Of a DNA stretch of 64,000 bases, positions 63,055 through 64,000 are shown piece by piece. The position numbers and the translations under genes were made by a program. The notes beneath the pieces were generated by a model. That model had not been told where the DNA came from, made no database searches, and saw only the letters and a program-made list of their open reading frames with translations. Each line of letters opens with the position of its first letter. Position 1 is the first letter of the stretch. Origin of the DNA: Vicugna vicugna (lineage: Eukaryota); assembly GCA_013265495.1 (NCBI GenBank), contig MU058221.1:1488001-1552000 (forward strand), in the 5' to 3' direction.

Positions 63055-63512
63055 TGTTAGGCAGTTAGATAACTAGGGGCACCAGCCAGATAAGGTGGAA
63101 GAGGGGGAGGAGGTCCAGAAGATGGCAATATGCTTGCCTACAGCATAAGGGGCTTTACTTCCTCGAAATGAGGGCCAGCAGGAGCTTAGAAGCTGATGGC
63201 TGTGATTGCACGGTAGCGAGAAGGATCTAAACAAACATGACCCAAGGCTCATTGTAATATAATTAGCATTGTGGTTTAGCCCCACCCCCATTGGCTTTTC
63301 TGTGTGCATCATGGGTAAGGACATGTGCAAAGAGGGAGGGCATGACTTAGCTCTCCAGGGGCAAGAGCCGTCAATCAAGCAAGCAACCACCTCTAAGGGA
63401 GGGCATAAGAGCAGAGACAAAGACCAGTACTGCTTTCCTACCTTGGATCAACCCACCTTCCCCAAGACAAGAACCGAATCGTAGCTTTTTCCCTTTCCCT
63501 TTTGGGGTAACA
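63055..63512 (+). mobile_element. ERV-type LTR inserted into a minus-strand MIR
   Basis: Inverted termini TGTTA…TAACA; start tgttaggcagttag resembles cetartiodactyl ERV LTRs; MIR text resumes after it (ttattattcccaacttacagatgagaaaa). Confidence 0.6.
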
Positions 63513-63904
63513 CTGTTATTATTCCCAACTTACAGATGAGAAAAATCATGTACTTTCCAGTTTTATCTTGTAAACTGCCCCCAGACTTGGATTCCACAAT
63601 TTCTCCCCAGTGGCTCTTGTTTCCTCTTAGTGGGAAGTGGTACTTGGAGATCTTAATCTGCACATTAAAAGTATTTGATTGTAGATCTTTTCAATGAACA
63701 ACACTGGGGAATAATTTTGTACAGACGAATATATCATGAACTCATATACTGATATTTTCGATTCGAATGTATCCTCCACAACATGTGAATAACAAACCAG
63801 CAAAATAACAAAACCAACAAAACAGAATATGATGTTTTGTTTTCTCAGTTCTTTTTATTGTTGGAATTTCCCACAATAACATATAGTCAAAATGTTTGTT
63901 TTAA

Positions 63905-64000
63905 AAGTGGATTGAAATAAGAAGTTCATGCTGTATAGCACAGGGAATATATTTGGTATCTTGTAGTAACCTATGGTGAAAAAGAATATATGTATATTCA
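63905..64000 (+). mobile_element. Camelid-type L1 3' end cut by the window edge
   Basis: ctgtatagcacagggaa…tatcttgtagtaacctatggtgaaaaagaatat. Confidence 0.8.

Noticed and set aside
1..64000. CRISPR array, operon, prophage or other prokaryotic system
   Set aside because: No regularly spaced repeat-spacer units, no long ORFs or gene-dense tracts; the repeat content is mammalian throughout

Overview
Mammalian genomic DNA, most likely a camelid (two Vic-1-type tRNA-derived SINEs and cetartiodactyl/camelid-type L1 3' ends; no Alu, Bov-A/BovB or PRE1 seen). Much of the window is decayed interspersed repeat (L1, L2, MIR, MaLR/ERVL/ERV1 LTRs, hAT and Tigger-type DNA transposons). I find no recognisable protein-coding exon, RNA gene or CRISPR array; the listed ORFs are short and are chance ORFs or L1 debris. 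The best-supported non-repeat structure is the 5' part of a minus-strand transcription unit that I cannot name: a CpG-enriched ETS/E-box promoter and ATG-free first exon at ~22.8-23.1 kb, followed by small candidate exons at 5553-5612, 1775-1875 and 408-476, with the gene continuing off the left edge. I cannot support a claim of a new biological system. The most interesting leads are: (i) an ERV-type solo LTR at ~29.15-29.89 kb with a 140-bp-spaced duplicated CCAAT + Oct-Sox-like module and splice donors on both strands; (ii) a leader with tandem splice donors that could switch uORFs; (iii) a recent 58-bp tandem duplication that creates a perfect CRE; (iv) a ~70-bp L1-mobilised orphan insert with target-site duplications; (v) a candidate recursive splice site; (vi) an E-box cluster at 57.7-58.0 kb. 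Repeat subfamily names and boundaries were judged by eye from remembered consensus sequences and need RepeatMasker/Dfam confirmation.
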